A DNA stretch of 64,000 nucleotides from the human T2T-CHM13v2.0 reference genome, Homo sapiens: NCBI RefSeq assembly GCF_009914755.1, contig NC_060933.1; one strand, written 5' to 3'. The notes below the pieces were generated by a model that worked only from the letters and a program-made list of their open reading frames with translations, did no database searches and was not told where the DNA came from. Of the stretch, positions 12,713 to 27,780 are shown in pieces. The stretch's first letter is position 1; every line of letters begins with the position of its first letter. Both the position numbers and the translations under genes were made by a program.

Positions 12713-14559
12713 TAGCTATCCATTTTAGAAAAAAAATTCAAAAGCTTCAAGGAAGAAGATTTTTACACATAAGGCCATTAGTGAAACGAAACAAAAATCC
12801 TCATAGGAGTTTTGAAAGATTTGAGGCTTTATGGGGACAAATGAGCATTAGTGCATGTTCATGTGGGTGCTTGTGTGTGTAATGTGTCTCCAAGAAAACA
12901 TCCATGCCCAACTAATTCAGTTCCCTCTGTTATTGCTGTCAGTATTAGAAAAATGAGAATTATTCCATTTAGAATAATCTCCTTCTTTTAATGCAAAATG
13001 CCAAGTACCGTTGCACTAGCAACAAAAAACAAAATAGAGTAACTATGTCTGAGAACCTATTATAACTCCGACATCTTACACCAGTGACACCAAAGGGAAA
13101 AAACACACCCACTGAGCACCTATGAAGATTCCTCTGCAGTATACGTACAAAGGCTGTCGTAGCCGTCAGGGAAAGAGTGAGTTCCAAAGAAAGAGGAAAC
13201 CACAATAGAAACCTTGAATTAAAAATGGAATTTAGATATGGGCAAGAGTGCCAACCTTAATGAAAAGTCTTCTTCTTCAATCATTAGGCTGTAAAATTAA
13301 AGCTGGATGTGGATGTGGTCTAATGTCTACTTTGATTCTTGTGTATTTGCCAATGCTCTCCAAAGGTGAATAAGATGAAATCCCTTCTGGATGTGCTGTG
13401 AGCACTCTGGTCCTTTCCACCAGTTTCCCAGAGCATAGGTGCCCCACAGTGCGGTTTCTGAAGGCTCTACTGTTTGGAATAGGCACATACAATAACAAAG
13501 CTGCTTACAGTCTCGGCCTGGCCGCGACAGGGTCAACAACCTAAATGCCAACTGGCGATGACACTGGTCGTGTCAAGTGAAGCCAATGACAAAGGAACAG
13601 CCATGCTCTGTCTCTTGGTGCCCACAGCAATACAGTCACTGTAGGCCAGCAATGGTGATCCAGTATGCAGCAGCATGGGGTGAAGCTGACATCAACCCAA
13701 TAAATGACCACTGTCTTGTCGTCTTCACTGAAATGGTGCATATGCCTCCCCCAAGCCCACACACAAACACTTTGCTTCATATGCTTGAAAGTTGTGGGCT
13801 TTCAGGACAAGGGAAAACTAAAAATTGCTCTCTAAATGTGGGCACTGTGGATGTGTTGCCAGGTTGTAATGGGTCAGAACTGCTCCTGCCCACCATAGGC
13901 CCTGTATGAACCATGACTGCAAACAGATGATCCCTAAGCAAACTGTACTCCCAGAAGGGGTTTTTAAAAAATCTACAGATTTTTAAATCTGTAGATTTAA
14001 AAATAAAATAAAATACAAGTACTGCTCTAAGTAGTTGCCATCATTTAAAACTCTGGAGAATTCACCTAAAATGCTAGAGTTCCAAATTCTTCTGATTTGG
14101 AAGCACTGGGCCTCTATGCCCGCCCTGAAACTATTAGTTGAGTTGCATGGTGGTTGCCCCCACAGCTTCCTATTTCATGCTACTCGCCTGTTAACTGATA
14201 TTTGTTACCTGCCTGACTCTGTTGACTTTGGCTTTGGATCTTCTGATCCATAGTCATCAAACTCCTTGAGGGCAGTAGTCATATCTCTTGAGCTACAGCA
14301 GCACCTAGGATTGGCTCCTTACTCCTGTTTCACCTGAGTCGCTCAACTATGTGCACTATGTGTATTTCATGGGCTCAGGTATCTAAAGTGACTTGACTGT
14401 GGTCCCACAGCACACACTGCTGAGACAGGGAGAGAACTGGGCTCGTGGAGCTGGAGGCCCTTGGAAATTATCTAGCTGCTGCAGATCATCAGAATCTAGT
14501 TGAGTAAGTAAGCCTTTGGGCAAAAATCCACCTCAAATTAGTTTCCTCAGCAAATACCA

Positions 14560-14931
14560 TGCTATAATTTGAATGTTGGTGTCTTCCAAAATTCATGCTG
14601 GAACCTAATGCCCAGTGTAATAGTATTAAGAGGTGGGGCCTTTTGGGAAGTGACTAAGTGATGAGGATCCACCCTCATGAATGGGATTAGTGTCCTTATA
14701 AAAGAGACCTGATGGGGGGCTTCCTTGCCCTTCTGCCATGTGAGAATGCAGTGAGAAGGCACTATCTTTCAGGCAGAGAGCAAACCCTTATTGGATACCA
14801 AACCCTTATTGGATACTAGCACCTTGATGTAGGACTTCCCAGCCTCCAGAACTGTGAGCAGTGCATTTCTGTTGTTTATAAATTACCCAGCCAGAGGCAT
14901 TGTGTTATAGCAGCCCGAATGGTCTAGGAAA
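14560..14931 (+). mobile_element. MaLR solo LTR (MLT1A/MSTD-like)
   Basis: tgctataatttgaatgtt...gaggtggggccttttgggaagtgactaag...atgaatgggattagtgtccttataaaaga...gacttcccagcctccagaactgtgag. Confidence 0.85.
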
Positions 14932-14934
14932 GGC

Positions 14935-15140
14935 TGTATCTGGGTTTTGGAATCAGACCGTATGTGCTCAATCTTGGCTCCACAGAGCTGTGTGACATTG
15001 GACAAGTTATTTCACCTCTGCATCTGATTTTCTTCCTTTTTATAATGAAGATAAACAGTATTTATCTCATAGACTTGTGTGCAGATTGAATGACGTAACA
15101 CATAAACACATTTCCTACAGCACTTGGCTCATAGTTTTAC
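14935..15140 (+). mobile_element. MIR
   Basis: ttttggaatcagacc...agctgtgtgacattggacaagttatttcacctctg. Confidence 0.7.
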
Positions 15141-15296
15141 TTAAAAGTCTTCCCTATTATTATATCCTCTGAAGCTGAACAAATCAAATGAAAAAATATA
15201 TATAGTTATTACAGGCCATTTAAAGTTCTTCTATATGAAAATATTTTAATAAGACATGGACATAAATCTCTACCATTAATCTCTATTTTAAAATTA

Positions 15297-15658
<362 letters not shown>

Positions 15659-16247
15659 CTATGTTATTCTGGATCCACAACATGCCAGAACTGGAGGGAA
15701 TCTAAACCTATCCTAATGGATTTAAAACTTATTTTAGCAGCAGAAACCATTTCTTTTAATGTGGTCTTACATACATGCCATTCACGAGAGAGATGTTGCA
15801 GCTCAGGTTAGGTGAAGTCCCTGAACTAGGTTCCAGCTTCACCCAGCAAATTATAGAACCTGTGTGCTAAGGGCCACAGTTTGGTAACTGCTGATCTTGG
15901 CTATGCCTTTTTATTTTTACCAGTGGGAAAAGTAAGACCTTTCATATGCCTGCACATAGAAGCAGGCTCACACTGAGGACCAAGCCTGGCCTATCACTGT
16001 ATCCTCAGCACCCAGCCATGTTCCTGGAACGTAGCGCCCTGGTGATACTGGGGTTTGCATAATGGGTGCCATAGCACAGGTGAGGTGCCAGGCTTCTGAA
16101 GTGCAGTCTTGGGGGATGGACTTCTAGGGTAGGGTGGTGATCGCTGCCAGCAGGGGGTAACAAAAACACCATTAGGTCTAGCCAAGGTGTTGCGTGTAGG
16201 ATGGATTCTGGGAGAAGGTATAGGGTGGAGGTAAGCAAGTATAAGCT

Positions 16248-16597
16248 TACTGACTTACCCAGAGCAACTGCCAGTCCTACAAGCTCCATTCATGGCAAAT
16301 GCCCTAGGCAGGTGTACCATTTTTTATCTTTCACACTGTATTTTTACTGTACTGTTTCTACATTTAGATACACAAATACTTACCATTATGTTACAGTTGC
16401 CTACAGTATTCATTATAGTAACATGCTGTACAGGTTTATAGCCTAGGAGCAATAGGCTATACCACATAGCCTAGGTGTGTAGTAGCTACACCATCTATTT
16501 TTATGTAAGTATACTCTATGATCTTCACATTATGGCAAAGTTGCCTAAAGACACATTTCTCAGAATGTATTCCCATCATTATGTGACACATGACTGT
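16248..16597 (+). mobile_element. Tigger3 (Golem/MER7-type TcMar) terminal fragment
   Basis: tagcctaggagcaataggctataccacatagcctaggtgtgtagtag...cacatttctcagaatgtattcccatcattatgtgacacatgactgTA terminal repeat. Confidence 0.85.
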
Positions 16598-16918
16598 ACT
16601 TCTGTAGAAAGACCAGGTTTCTGGAGTGGTGGAGTGGTGGAGGGCAAGTTACTGTGAATTGAAAGGGAAGTGAGAAAGTGTAGATAGTTGGCTAGACTGG
16701 CTTCTTTCAAGGAAGGGGAGGAAGAAGAAACCACACTGAGGTAATAGGAGTTTTCACGGAGTCAGATTTCTTAAGCAATGAGCACTTTGGAGAGGTAGCA
16801 GACTTGTGCTGTAGGATGTAGAAAATGGGAAAAGAAAGAGAAATGCAGAGGTCAAAGAAAAACATCACCAGTTTAAAAATGTTGGTCTCTGTGGTGGTTT
16901 AAAAATATTTTAAAATTA

Positions 16919-17293
<375 letters not shown>

Positions 17294-18566
17294 TTAGTGT
17301 GGGCTGGACTTAGTAACCTACTTCTAATGAATGGAAAGTGGGAAGAAGGTTGGGTTATCACTTCTGACTCTAGTCTGTAGAAGATACATGGTGATTTCCA
17401 TCTTGGTTGCCCTCTCTGATATCAGGGCATTCTGGGAGTAGCCAGCAGAAACCTAACGTTTCAAATGAAAGGTGTTTGTCTCTGAGAAGCGGACAATTAG
17501 GCCTAGACTTGCAGGATGAGCAGGACTTAAGCTGAGGACATGGAAGCCAAAGGAGTTGTACATACAATGGCCTGGGGGTGAGAGGACATGGCCCATTCAA
17601 AGAACTCTGGGAAGTTCCCTATGGAGCTATCTGCATATCTCTTTCTTCTTCCAGATCTGCCTCCAGGCATTATTCTTGTCTATTGGTCCATTTACACTTA
17701 GATGCACAATGTAATAGGACTCTATTAGCACCAACATCTTGGAATTAATACTAATTAGTATTATGTTCCAGTACCACATTATAGCTTAACTGGCTTTGCT
17801 GGTGGTTTGTATATCTGACCTTTATGTATAAAATTGTTTCATAGGAGGAAGTGCTCCTGAGACCACACAAGTGACCACACAAGTCCCTAGGCTAGGTACT
17901 GCCTGTAACCTGCCTTATCTTCATGCCTTTATTGTGGTGGGACAGGTGGGTGGTGGGAGAAAATATAATGTTATGTTTCAATAAATAAAACCTTCCTTCA
18001 TTCAAACCCCAAGTTAATACTCGCTTGACATTTTTGGAGCCAAAGAATCTAATCTTATCTGGCCGGGAAATTTAAACTAGTCTAGACCACACATAGCAGC
18101 CAAAATTTGGCAGGCTTATATATGGGCATCAAGCCATACTGACTATTTACATTTTCATGTAAATGCTCATGAAGACGAATTAATCCCTGCTGTGACTGAC
18201 ATCCTGCAGCAATTTCCAACACTGCAGAGAACATTAAAAAAATAAAAAAGTACAATTACTATTTGGTGTCTCTGACCAACAGCTCCCCTAAGATACTGAG
18301 CAGCTTCCTGAGGTGGAGGTTCTGATGGGAAATCTAGGGAGAAATGTTGAGCAGAAGGTACTGAGTTTTATTTATTCCTATCAATAAAGTAGGAGAGAAG
18401 TGGCTTAGCAAAGAGAAGCAACCATACTAGGGGGCTTAAACAATGAACGGAAATGCCTCATGTGGCAGCATGGAGACAATGTGAACACATCTGGCAGCTC
18501 TTTGTGGAGGGAGTGGTTGTTAAGAGTGGGTTATAAAAAGTAGCTCTTGAAGGTAGAGCCTCTGGC

Positions 18567-18738
18567 TCAGTGGTGTCTGAGAGAATGTCCCACAATGATG
18601 AAAATGTTCAGTATCTGTGATATCCAATACAATAGCCACTAGACATGTGGCTTTTGAGCACTTAACATGTGGCTAGTAAGGCTAAGAAACTAATTTTTAA
18701 TTTAATGTTAATCTCAGTAGTCACAAGTGGTTGGAAAA
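18567..18738. mobile_element. MER3 (hAT-Charlie)
   Basis: aatgatgaaaatgttcagtatctgtgatatccaatacaatagccactagacatgtggcttttgagcactt...gtggctagt. Confidence 0.8.
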
Positions 18739-19429
18739 GCCTTTTCAAGTATAAAGTTTGATTTTTCTGATTAGAAAAGTGACACATGTTTGTGACAGAA
18801 AACTTAGAAAGCCCCAAAAAGTATATACCAAAAAAAAAAAAAAAAAAGCATTATCTATAGTAATACCAAGAGAGAACCACTGTTGGCACTTTTTGCTCTA
18901 TTTCCTTTATCATCTGTGGACATATGATTAGTGATTTTCCAGTACAGTTTTGTATCCTGCTTTTATTACTTAATATTATATGCTAGCAATTTTCCCATGA
19001 GAGACATCTTCAACTATAATTGATCATATTTTAGGCCCTGAAACAAATCAGACCACATCTCATCTCTGACCAAATTAGAAACAAAGAGAAACCCTAAAAC
19101 AAAAATGAACCACCCAACACCCTATAAACTAGAAGCAAAAGTTCTCTGGACATCAACAAGGGATGAATAAATAGGACTGGCAGAGACATGTGGCTATTTT
19201 TGCCACATCCCCAGTTACCCAGCATAAGGCAATTCATTGGAAATAATCATGTTTCTTTGCTATTTTTCCAAATGACACTTTAGAATACATCTGCCAAGTC
19301 TCCTAAAATGATATCTGGCAGGCCCTCCCACTAATCTCTGAGCCTTTGCATTATCCTGAACAACCACCAACAGCCGATGCCACCCTGGACACACATATAC
19401 TTGTCATCTGAACTGGCAAAGCCCCATGA

Positions 19430-19796
<367 letters not shown>

Positions 19797-20661
19797 CACG
19801 GTGGGCTTTAATCCATGAAGGGCTCTCTAAGCAAAGAGAAACGGTTGTCTTGGATGAAAGATGACAGGGCTGCTGACACATCATATCAGTAGTAATCTCA
19901 GTAGGTCAGGCTGGGAGGATTCTAGGGATGATGTCTTTTACAGGTGGGGAAACTGAGGCTCAGAGCCATTACATGCCTTGCCCCATGTGGTAACTAATGT
20001 GGTAGCATAATAGTGGAAATGCCATTGTAAAGGCCAAACTGTCAGCTTCACAGGCTGCAGCTCTTTCTTCTATAATGGCTGAGTCCACGTCAAGCCTTCT
20101 GGCTGAAGGCCAAGGAAGCCGCCTGACAAGAAGCAACCCAGAGGCCTCTGTACAGATGATGTTTCAAAAGAAAAGGTCCTTTCAAAAGCCCCACAATGGC
20201 TCTTCATTGCTGGCTATTTTAGGGAGTAGCTCTGGCTCATGCGAGAGGTTCTGCTTCTTTTCACAGTCCTGACTTGATCTTACCATTGCAGGCCAACCTT
20301 GGCTACTGCACTCACCCAAGCAGCTCTGAGAGAAGTGTATGTGTGGCCTGGCTACCTCTTAGGGCAACATGAGGTCAGTGTATTCTGGGGCCTGGATAGG
20401 CTTGTGGCTGGGCCTTTATGAGACAAGGCTTTCCAAATCTTTGGTCTTCAAATTGTTCTAAAAAGCACCCGTTTTTAGAGGATAGTTTTGGTGGTAGAGC
20501 CTACCATAAATCTCAATCATTAGCCAAGAGGCACCTACACACTGGGGGTGGGACATGCACTTTGGTGTGACAAAATGGCAGTGATAAGGGATGGAGAGGA
20601 ATGTGGTTCAGATGTTGAGAAACTGCCCATCACATCTGCTGGAAATAATAATAACAAGTCT

Positions 20662-20945
20662 GGCCAGGTACCATCTGTAATCCCAGCACTTTGGGAGGTC
20701 AAGGCAGAAGGATCACTTGAGCTCAGGAGTTCCAGACCAGCCTGGGAAACGTAGTGAGACCCTGTCTCTACAAAAAATTTAAAAATTAGCCAGGTGTGGT
20801 GACATGTGTTTGTAGCCCCAGCTACTTAGGAGGCTGAGGTGGGAGGATCACTTGAGCCCAGGAGGCTAGAGGATGCAGTGAGCCATGATCACACCAGCCT
20901 GGGTGACAGAGTGAGACCCTGTCTCAAAAAAAAAAAAAAAAAAAA
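20662..20945 (+). mobile_element. AluJ
   Basis: J-type dimer (gatcacttgagcccagg) with small deletions; TSD taacaagt. Confidence 0.92.
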
Positions 20946-21287
20946 GTAACAAGTGTGAGGAGATGAAATAATATATGTCAAGAGGAACTAACAGATTATC
21001 TGGAACTGAAGAAATGAAGTTATTAATTATTTCTTGAAAATGCTTGTGCGTCATGCACATGGTAAGAATTCCACGAAGGGGTGTCTGTCATATGATGATG
21101 TGGGAGGATGAGGAGCAACAATGAAAAGGACTGCACTTCCTGTGTGTGTGTGAAGCCCTCCCATATGGAGTTTCACTTCCTTCCCACCTCCCTCTCCATG
21201 CGGCAGTGGTGGCTGTGTGGTTTGAGGCCAGGGTGGAGGCATGAGGAAAATAGAAAAATCTAGAGACACATCACATCACAAAGATGA

Positions 21288-21585
21288 GCAGTGCTGCCCA
21301 GAGTGTGTTCCATGGATCATGATATCTCTAAGATGTCAATGAGTGATAGCAAAAGAAAAAAGTCCAGTAGCCAAATGCAGTTAAATTGGGCGGGCTACAC
21401 AAAATTGAACAAGTTTCTTTACTGGATACCTTCTCAAAGGCTTTGATATGCTATTGTACACTGTAAATCTTCAAGGGTGGAGACGATGTAGTATTTTGTA
21501 AACTCATTTGACCACAGAAGGAAGTCTGTTTTCACTGACCATCACTCAGGACTGGCATTTTGAGGAGCTCTCTTGGCAAACACTG
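21288..21585. mobile_element. Old hAT-Charlie non-autonomous element (MER112/Charlie4-like; subfamily uncertain)
   Basis: cagtgctgcccagagtgtgttccatgga...gtttctttactggataccttctcaaaggctttgatatgct...atttgaccacagaa...ggcaaacactg. A related copy in opposite orientation lies at ~52490-52670. Confidence 0.6.
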
Positions 21586-21709
21586 ATCTTCAGATTTTTC
21601 TCCTTTTTGCTTTACTTCCCCACCCCACTGAGCTAACTCCCAATCCTAGAGGAGAAGAGATGAAGTGCTAAAAATGGTAATTCTCACATTTGAGGGTAAT
21701 TGTCATCTA

Positions 21710-22018
21710 GGGTCTTTTCCCTCAACCTGTGGTCTGGGAACCAGCAGCATCGATATCATCTGGGAGCAAAATGAACATTCTCGAGTCTCCTCCTCTCAGA
21801 TGTACTGAATCAGAACTTGCATTTCAGCAAGATCCCTGGTGATTCACATGCACATTAAAGTTTGAGATGCAGACTGAGGGTGCTTGGTACTAGGCACTAA
21901 TCTTAATAATTCTGATTTAGTGTATCTGGGGTGAGGCCCAAGAATGTACTTACGAAGTACTTCCTCCAGGAGATTCTGATGCACGTGTGTGTGTGTGGAC
22001 TCCTGAGAAACCCCTGTG
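21710..22018. mobile_element. MER5A1 followed by a MER5-type fragment
   Basis: accagcagcatcgatatcatctgggag...tactgaatcagaacttgcatttcagcaagatccctggtgattcacatgcacattaaagtttgaga. Confidence 0.75.
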
Positions 22019-22805
22019 GTCCAAGCACCCTGCTATAAGGTAACAGAACAGCTCTGTGGTAACATTGGTTTTCACAGCAGCAGCTCTACAAGGTAGGTGG
22101 TGGTATAATCACTTTCATTGTTAGAAACAAGAAAATGGAGCCTTGGAGAGAGAAGGAGAAGGTCCTGGACCAAGGTCACCCAGGGGTTAGCAGGTGCATT
22201 AGGGTAAACAAGTCCCCTCCTGTCTGTCCTCCCCACCTCACCAATCTCTGTCCTCCCCCTGCCCTAATCAGCTCTTCATTCACAACTACTGCATTGCTAA
22301 CAGCCCTCTCTGAGTCTGCTTTTGTTTTCAGTGAAAGGCCAACAAAACACTGCGGGCTATTCGTGCTTGCTAATGATAATTCTGATTAGCTTAATTGTGT
22401 CAGCTGACTCCCTGGCAGCCAAGGGCCAACAGCAGCCTGCTTATTCAATCAGGGCCTGGCCCATTTTCTAATTATCAGCATCATTTGGGCTGTTTCCTCC
22501 AACAAGGAACTTGCTTCAGTTCAAGTTATCTTCAGCTGTTGCATTTACATGAGCAATGGATGATCTGTCACGTCTGTGTCTGTGTCAGTGTGCCAGGCTC
22601 CCCCTCCCTGCTGGAGACCAAGTGAAATGGCATGTGTTTGCCTGGGTTCCCAGGCTGCCAGCCATAGCGGCTGAACAGCAGGTCCCAATGGGAGCCATGA
22701 GGCAAGCTCTGGGGGTGGATGGATGTGCTGGTCTTCACCAGGCTAGCCAGGGTGACCTCTTCCCAGCTTCTGAATTCCAAACTGTATTCCCACTCAGAGG
22801 CCTGA

Positions 22806-22897
22806 TAGGGTGACCAACCGTCCTAGTTTGACAGACACCAAGAGTTTTCCTAGGACATGAGAATTTCACTGCTAAAACAGAGAGGGTTGGTTATCCT
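22806..22897 (+). mobile_element. MER81 (hAT-Blackjack)
   Basis: tagggtgaccaaccgtcctagtttg...ttcactgctaaaac...gttggttatcct terminal inverted repeats. Confidence 0.8.
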
Positions 22898-24029
22898 TTG
22901 CCTGACACACCAGGGCACAAAAGCAGTGTGAGAGGATTCAAGATTTCCTGGGTGATCTATCTGGAATTTGGAACAGAGAATGACTAAGAGTTGAGGCCTC
23001 GTCTTTCTCTGTGAGACCTAAAGCTTATGATGCATCCCTGCTCTCTGTCTTATTTTGCTTTTAATGTCTATTGCTAATCTGACAGGATGAAGCATTAGTC
23101 CCAACATGGAACTGGGTAAGTGGAGGTCTGCATGCATGTTCCGAGATAAGGGGCGTATTGAAGAGAGTGACCAGTGTGTAATCCCTTTGAATGGAGGTGC
23201 ATCATCCTTAAAGTACTCTCCCCAATTCAAAAACATATTAAGCATTTATTAGGTACCAGGAACCCTAAGCAATGCAGGAATATGTCCTTTATATTCCCAG
23301 CCCTCAAAGAGTTGACAATCCCATGGGAGTGACTGATACAAATACAATTAAGTACATTTGCTAGGAGTCTACCTAGGGAATCAATCGTTAAGACAGAAAA
23401 GAGGTCATGGGAGCTAGGGAAGACAGAATTCAGGAACATCCACTAACTACAGCCCAGCTACTGTTACAGTCATTGTCTCACTTAGCTAACATTTCTTAAG
23501 CACTTCCACGTGACTAACCCATTTAATTTTTATAACTCTTATTATTATACCCATGCTATGAATGAGGAAAATGAAGCTTTGAAAAGCCATATATCTTGCT
23601 CAAGTTTGCACGTTAGTAAATGCAGGGTCCAGGGTTGGAACCCACAGAGTCTAAGACTTTTCTTAGGCACTGTATGATACTGACTCTCCTACCCCAGTAG
23701 GGTGCTGCATGGATCCTCAGCACAACCTGTGTGGTAGATACTCAGTCCACGTGAGACAAAAGCAACAAAGAGATGTGTGGCTGTGCATGGTGGAGGCAAG
23801 GCAGAGGGAAAGATGAGGCGGTGGGGGGGTCTCAGAGTTCCATACTGTGGAATCCCAAGGCATGACACCAAGAATGTCCCACCGGTGGCGTGGGAACTCT
23901 GGGAATGCCAATGTTCTAAGGGAAACTGGCTGGACAAATGCTGCCCTTCTGGCCCCAGCTGCATTCAATTCTAAAAAATGTACAACTAGAATGTGAAGCC
24001 AAATGCCTGACTCCTTCATCATCCTTTGA

Positions 24030-24366
<337 letters not shown>

Positions 24367-25675
24367 GAGAGCATAGATTTTTTATGCACATAGAATATCT
24401 GAGCAACTTGAGTTGTATATATAGAGTATCAATATATGCAAATCAAATAAAAATGTGTTGACTTGACATGTTATGCCTGATTTGAATAGGTGCATTGCAA
24501 CAGTATTAGCAGTTAGGCATCCTAGCACTGTCAACTGTTGAAATGGTCATTTTGGCAATAGCAATCCACAAGCCATAAACAATCTACTCTTAATGGACAC
24601 TGCATGTGCTAAGTATCCAGAGCCTGATATTATATGATTCGCCTCAGAAACATTCTTAATATCTATTTCTGTTCCTTTATAGGGTTTGGTTAGTGTAAAA
24701 CAAATATATATGTTCAGACAATTAAGCATTTAAAAAGTATGAATATTTACAAGCATTAAAATGAATTTCCCTATAATTATAATTAACACATAAATGTAGG
24801 AAGTATACTATTGCAAGCAAGATTTAAAGAAATATAAACTTCTGGGGAAAAAAACCTGGTACCTTTCTTGCTCAATTAAACTGTTAAAAATGTCTGGTTA
24901 ACCTAATTTTCTCCCAGGCCCCCAAAGAGGCCCTTGTCTAGGATATTGACATGTTTGAGGCCATTCTGTGACTCTGAGACTTCAAGTTAGTTCCTGGCAC
25001 TGCCTTGGAGCCCTTTCTTCAATTATAGAAAATAACTGAGTTTTCTGATAGCAAAGAAAGCCTTTCTCTACTTGATAACTTACACTCAGCTTTTTCCTAC
25101 AATGTTGTCTTTATGCTTTCAGGCATAAAGGAGAAATTGACTTTCAGCTCTGTCGTGGTGTTTCTGATCCCTTAGCTCTGTGAAACCAAAAGTGTGAGTG
25201 CTTCCACAGCCTCTTCCTTCTTGTGGGCCTTTGGAGAAGTTATTTCCCATTGACCTGAACATGACTATAGAAGAGAACTGAACTGAAACCATCCAGGAGA
25301 TTGCAGTGGTTTCTTCTGGGTCTTCATTTACGTGGCCCTTGTCCATCTTTCCTCTCTGTCCTTGACATTTTCTGAAATTAACTTTATCAATTGTTTCTAG
25401 TCTTAACTCCCTTGAGCTGTTTGCACAACCTTATCTTCCCATAGTGGCTGTTTACCCAAAACAGCCTTTATAAAACTCAGCCATCGATGAATTCTTTCCA
25501 TACTATTTGTCCAACTGCATTCAGAGACAACTCGGTTCCTGCCCCTGAGAGCCTTCTAGAAATCTCTTGTGAAAGAAAATGAAGAAAATAGGCTCTTTTT
25601 AAAGTAAAGATGTGAGCCATCTCAAGTGTAACCCAAAAAGTCTTGCTTTGTTCCAGGACTACTGAGTAATGCAAA

Positions 25676-25700
25676 TATATATATATATATATATATATAT
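25676..25700. repeat. (TA)n microsatellite
   Basis: Directly visible run of about 12 TA units. Confidence 0.95.
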
Positions 25701-25815
25701 GTGTTTTTTTTTTTTGCCATATATTCTCACAGCAGAATAATAAATTTCAAGGTGAAAAACACTAAAGGTGATATGTGAAATTCACCATCTTCTTTGCCAG
25801 GTACAGGTACTGTAC

Positions 25816-26647
25816 TGTATTAAACATATCTTTTATTTTTTGTGTTTCGATTCTCTAACATCAAAGGGGCCTTGTTGATCCTGGAGGGACTGCCCCTCCC
25901 AGAGCTAGCCAATTCCTAGTGATGGTAAACAATTTGCGCTCAAGCTGTTTACACAACAACCAATACAAACCAATCCTGCAGAGCCTGCACCCCAAATACC
26001 TCCTCCATCAGGGTCTCACACTAACCACCCCAGGCCAAGGTATCAGATAACTAGGAATAACCCCTAGGCTCCAGAGATTATTCAAATTAGCCAACCCTAA
26101 ACCTGCTTACCCTGTCTGGCCCTTTCCTTCCCATGAAAACCATGGTGAAGGTTCTTGCTCAAGCTTTCTCTGCTCCCTCAGTCTCCGGACTAACCTGGGG
26201 CTTTCCCATGTGCTCTCTTGTGGCGTGGCATGGCTCTTTCTCTTGGGATGAGTATAACAAATTCTCTTTTCAATGACAATCATCTGATCTGTTAGCTTTA
26301 CCATACCTAAATAATAATAAAACCTGGCCAGGCATGGTGGCTCACACCTGTAATCCCAGCACTTTGGGAGAACAAGGGTGGAGAATTGCTTGAAGCCAGC
26401 AGTTTGAGACAAGCCTAGTCAACATAATGAGATCCCATCGCTACAAAAAAAAAAAAAAAAAAAAATAGCCATGCCAGGCTATAGTCCCAGCTACTTGGGA
26501 GGCTGAGGTGGGAGGAGTGCTTGAACCTAGGAGTTGAAGGTGAGCTATGGTTAGCTATGATCTTGCCATTGCACTCCAGACTGGGAGACAGAGTGAGACC
26601 CTGTCTCAAAGAAAAAATAAAAATAATAAAACCTGTGTTTTAAAATA
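25816..26647 (+). mobile_element. MER74A-like ERVL solo LTR, interrupted near its 3' end by an Alu
   Basis: tgtattaaac...cctggagggactgcccctcccagagctagccaattcctag...aaacctgcttaccctg...ttaccatacctaaataataataaaacct[Alu]gtgttttaaaata; 5-bp TSD (t/g)gtac. Confidence 0.85.
26326..26621 (+). mobile_element. AluJ
   Basis: Diverged dimer with an expanded middle A-tract; TSD aataataaaacct. Confidence 0.92.
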
Positions 26648-27577
26648 GGTACATAAAGAGGAAGGGATAAAGGGTGGCAAAAGAGGACAGCCTGGCCCTA
26701 GTACTCTGGTCATTCAAATGAACTTGGATGAAATGTAGTTGCTCTGTCAGTTATATTTAGCAAAACAGTCACCTTGTATTATATGGGGTATAATATAGTA
26801 CTCAACAGAGCCACTATAAAAAGCTTTGATCAAAGTGTCCACATTGAGATGTTGCATGTTACAAAAGGTGATGAGGTTTTTAGGGGTCCTTGACTTCTGA
26901 AGCACAGATTGAGTGCCACTGGAAAGAGAGCTTTTGAAGAAAATAAAAGTAGTCCCCATTCACCTAAACAATAACACTAAGGATTTAATCATATCAAATG
27001 TTCTCTATTCTAATATATCCCATTGAAGCTGCATCATGGAAAACTCAATGTGAAAAGCAAAGTCCCTATGAGACTGTATCCTTATTTAGGGCTTAACTTC
27101 TGTCACTACCTCTGGAGTAAAAGCTGCCCAAAGGCAGTTTTACCTGACTGTATCCCTAGCAGCTGGCACACAGTAGGTGCTAAATATTTATTTACTGACT
27201 GAAGAAATGTTTCTGATAATCTTTGATTAACAGAGTGAGAGATAATATAAAATATCAAAGATGCCCATTTAAGGAATTCAATAAGTGGAAGAATGACTTT
27301 GGAATTGAAAGTTAAAGCTACTCCCTCTGATCCAAACTATTATATTCCCACAACATTCTGCCACCTCTTGGAGGGTAATCTCGGACACTTATTTGGTGAC
27401 AGTGGACATCTTGGCATCTCCTGGCTGTTAGTTGACCACTAAACCCCATTCAATTCTGCAGCCCTCAGGCTAACAGCTAGCCATCAATGAGCATTTTCCA
27501 GGGATTGACAATGCGCTCTGACAAATGGCCGAGCTCCTGGGGTGACTTGGATACCATTATTTCATGGTGTCACTTAC

Positions 27578-27780
27578 CAAAGGCTCTAGCTCCTTGCGGT
27601 CTATGAGGTTCATCTCTGTGACAAAGTAATAGAAGTGTTTGTAGCAGGTGTTGACATGGGCCTCTGCACCCATCACAATGACCCGGTCGAAGTGGTGGAT
27701 ATAGACGTGGACAAAGACCCGGAAAAGGCGGCACAGGATCTTCTTGCAGATCTGAAGGAAGTTCTTTGGGAAGGGAACAC
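27578..27780 (-). CDS. MOB3B: MOB kinase activator 3B, internal coding exon (penultimate coding exon, 203 nt, phase 1 in / phase 0 out)
   Basis: Minus strand reads ...ttcttttttcttctctAG|GT GTT CCC TTC CCA AAG...GAG CCT TTG|GTAAGT, with a canonical acceptor, polypyrimidine tract and donor. Length is 2 nt + 67 codons = 203 nt. Translation (G)[67 protein letters not shown] matches the MOB3B sequence as I recall it and includes the MOB-family Zn-ligand histidines (HVYIHH). This frame is not listed in the ORF track. Confidence 0.97.
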
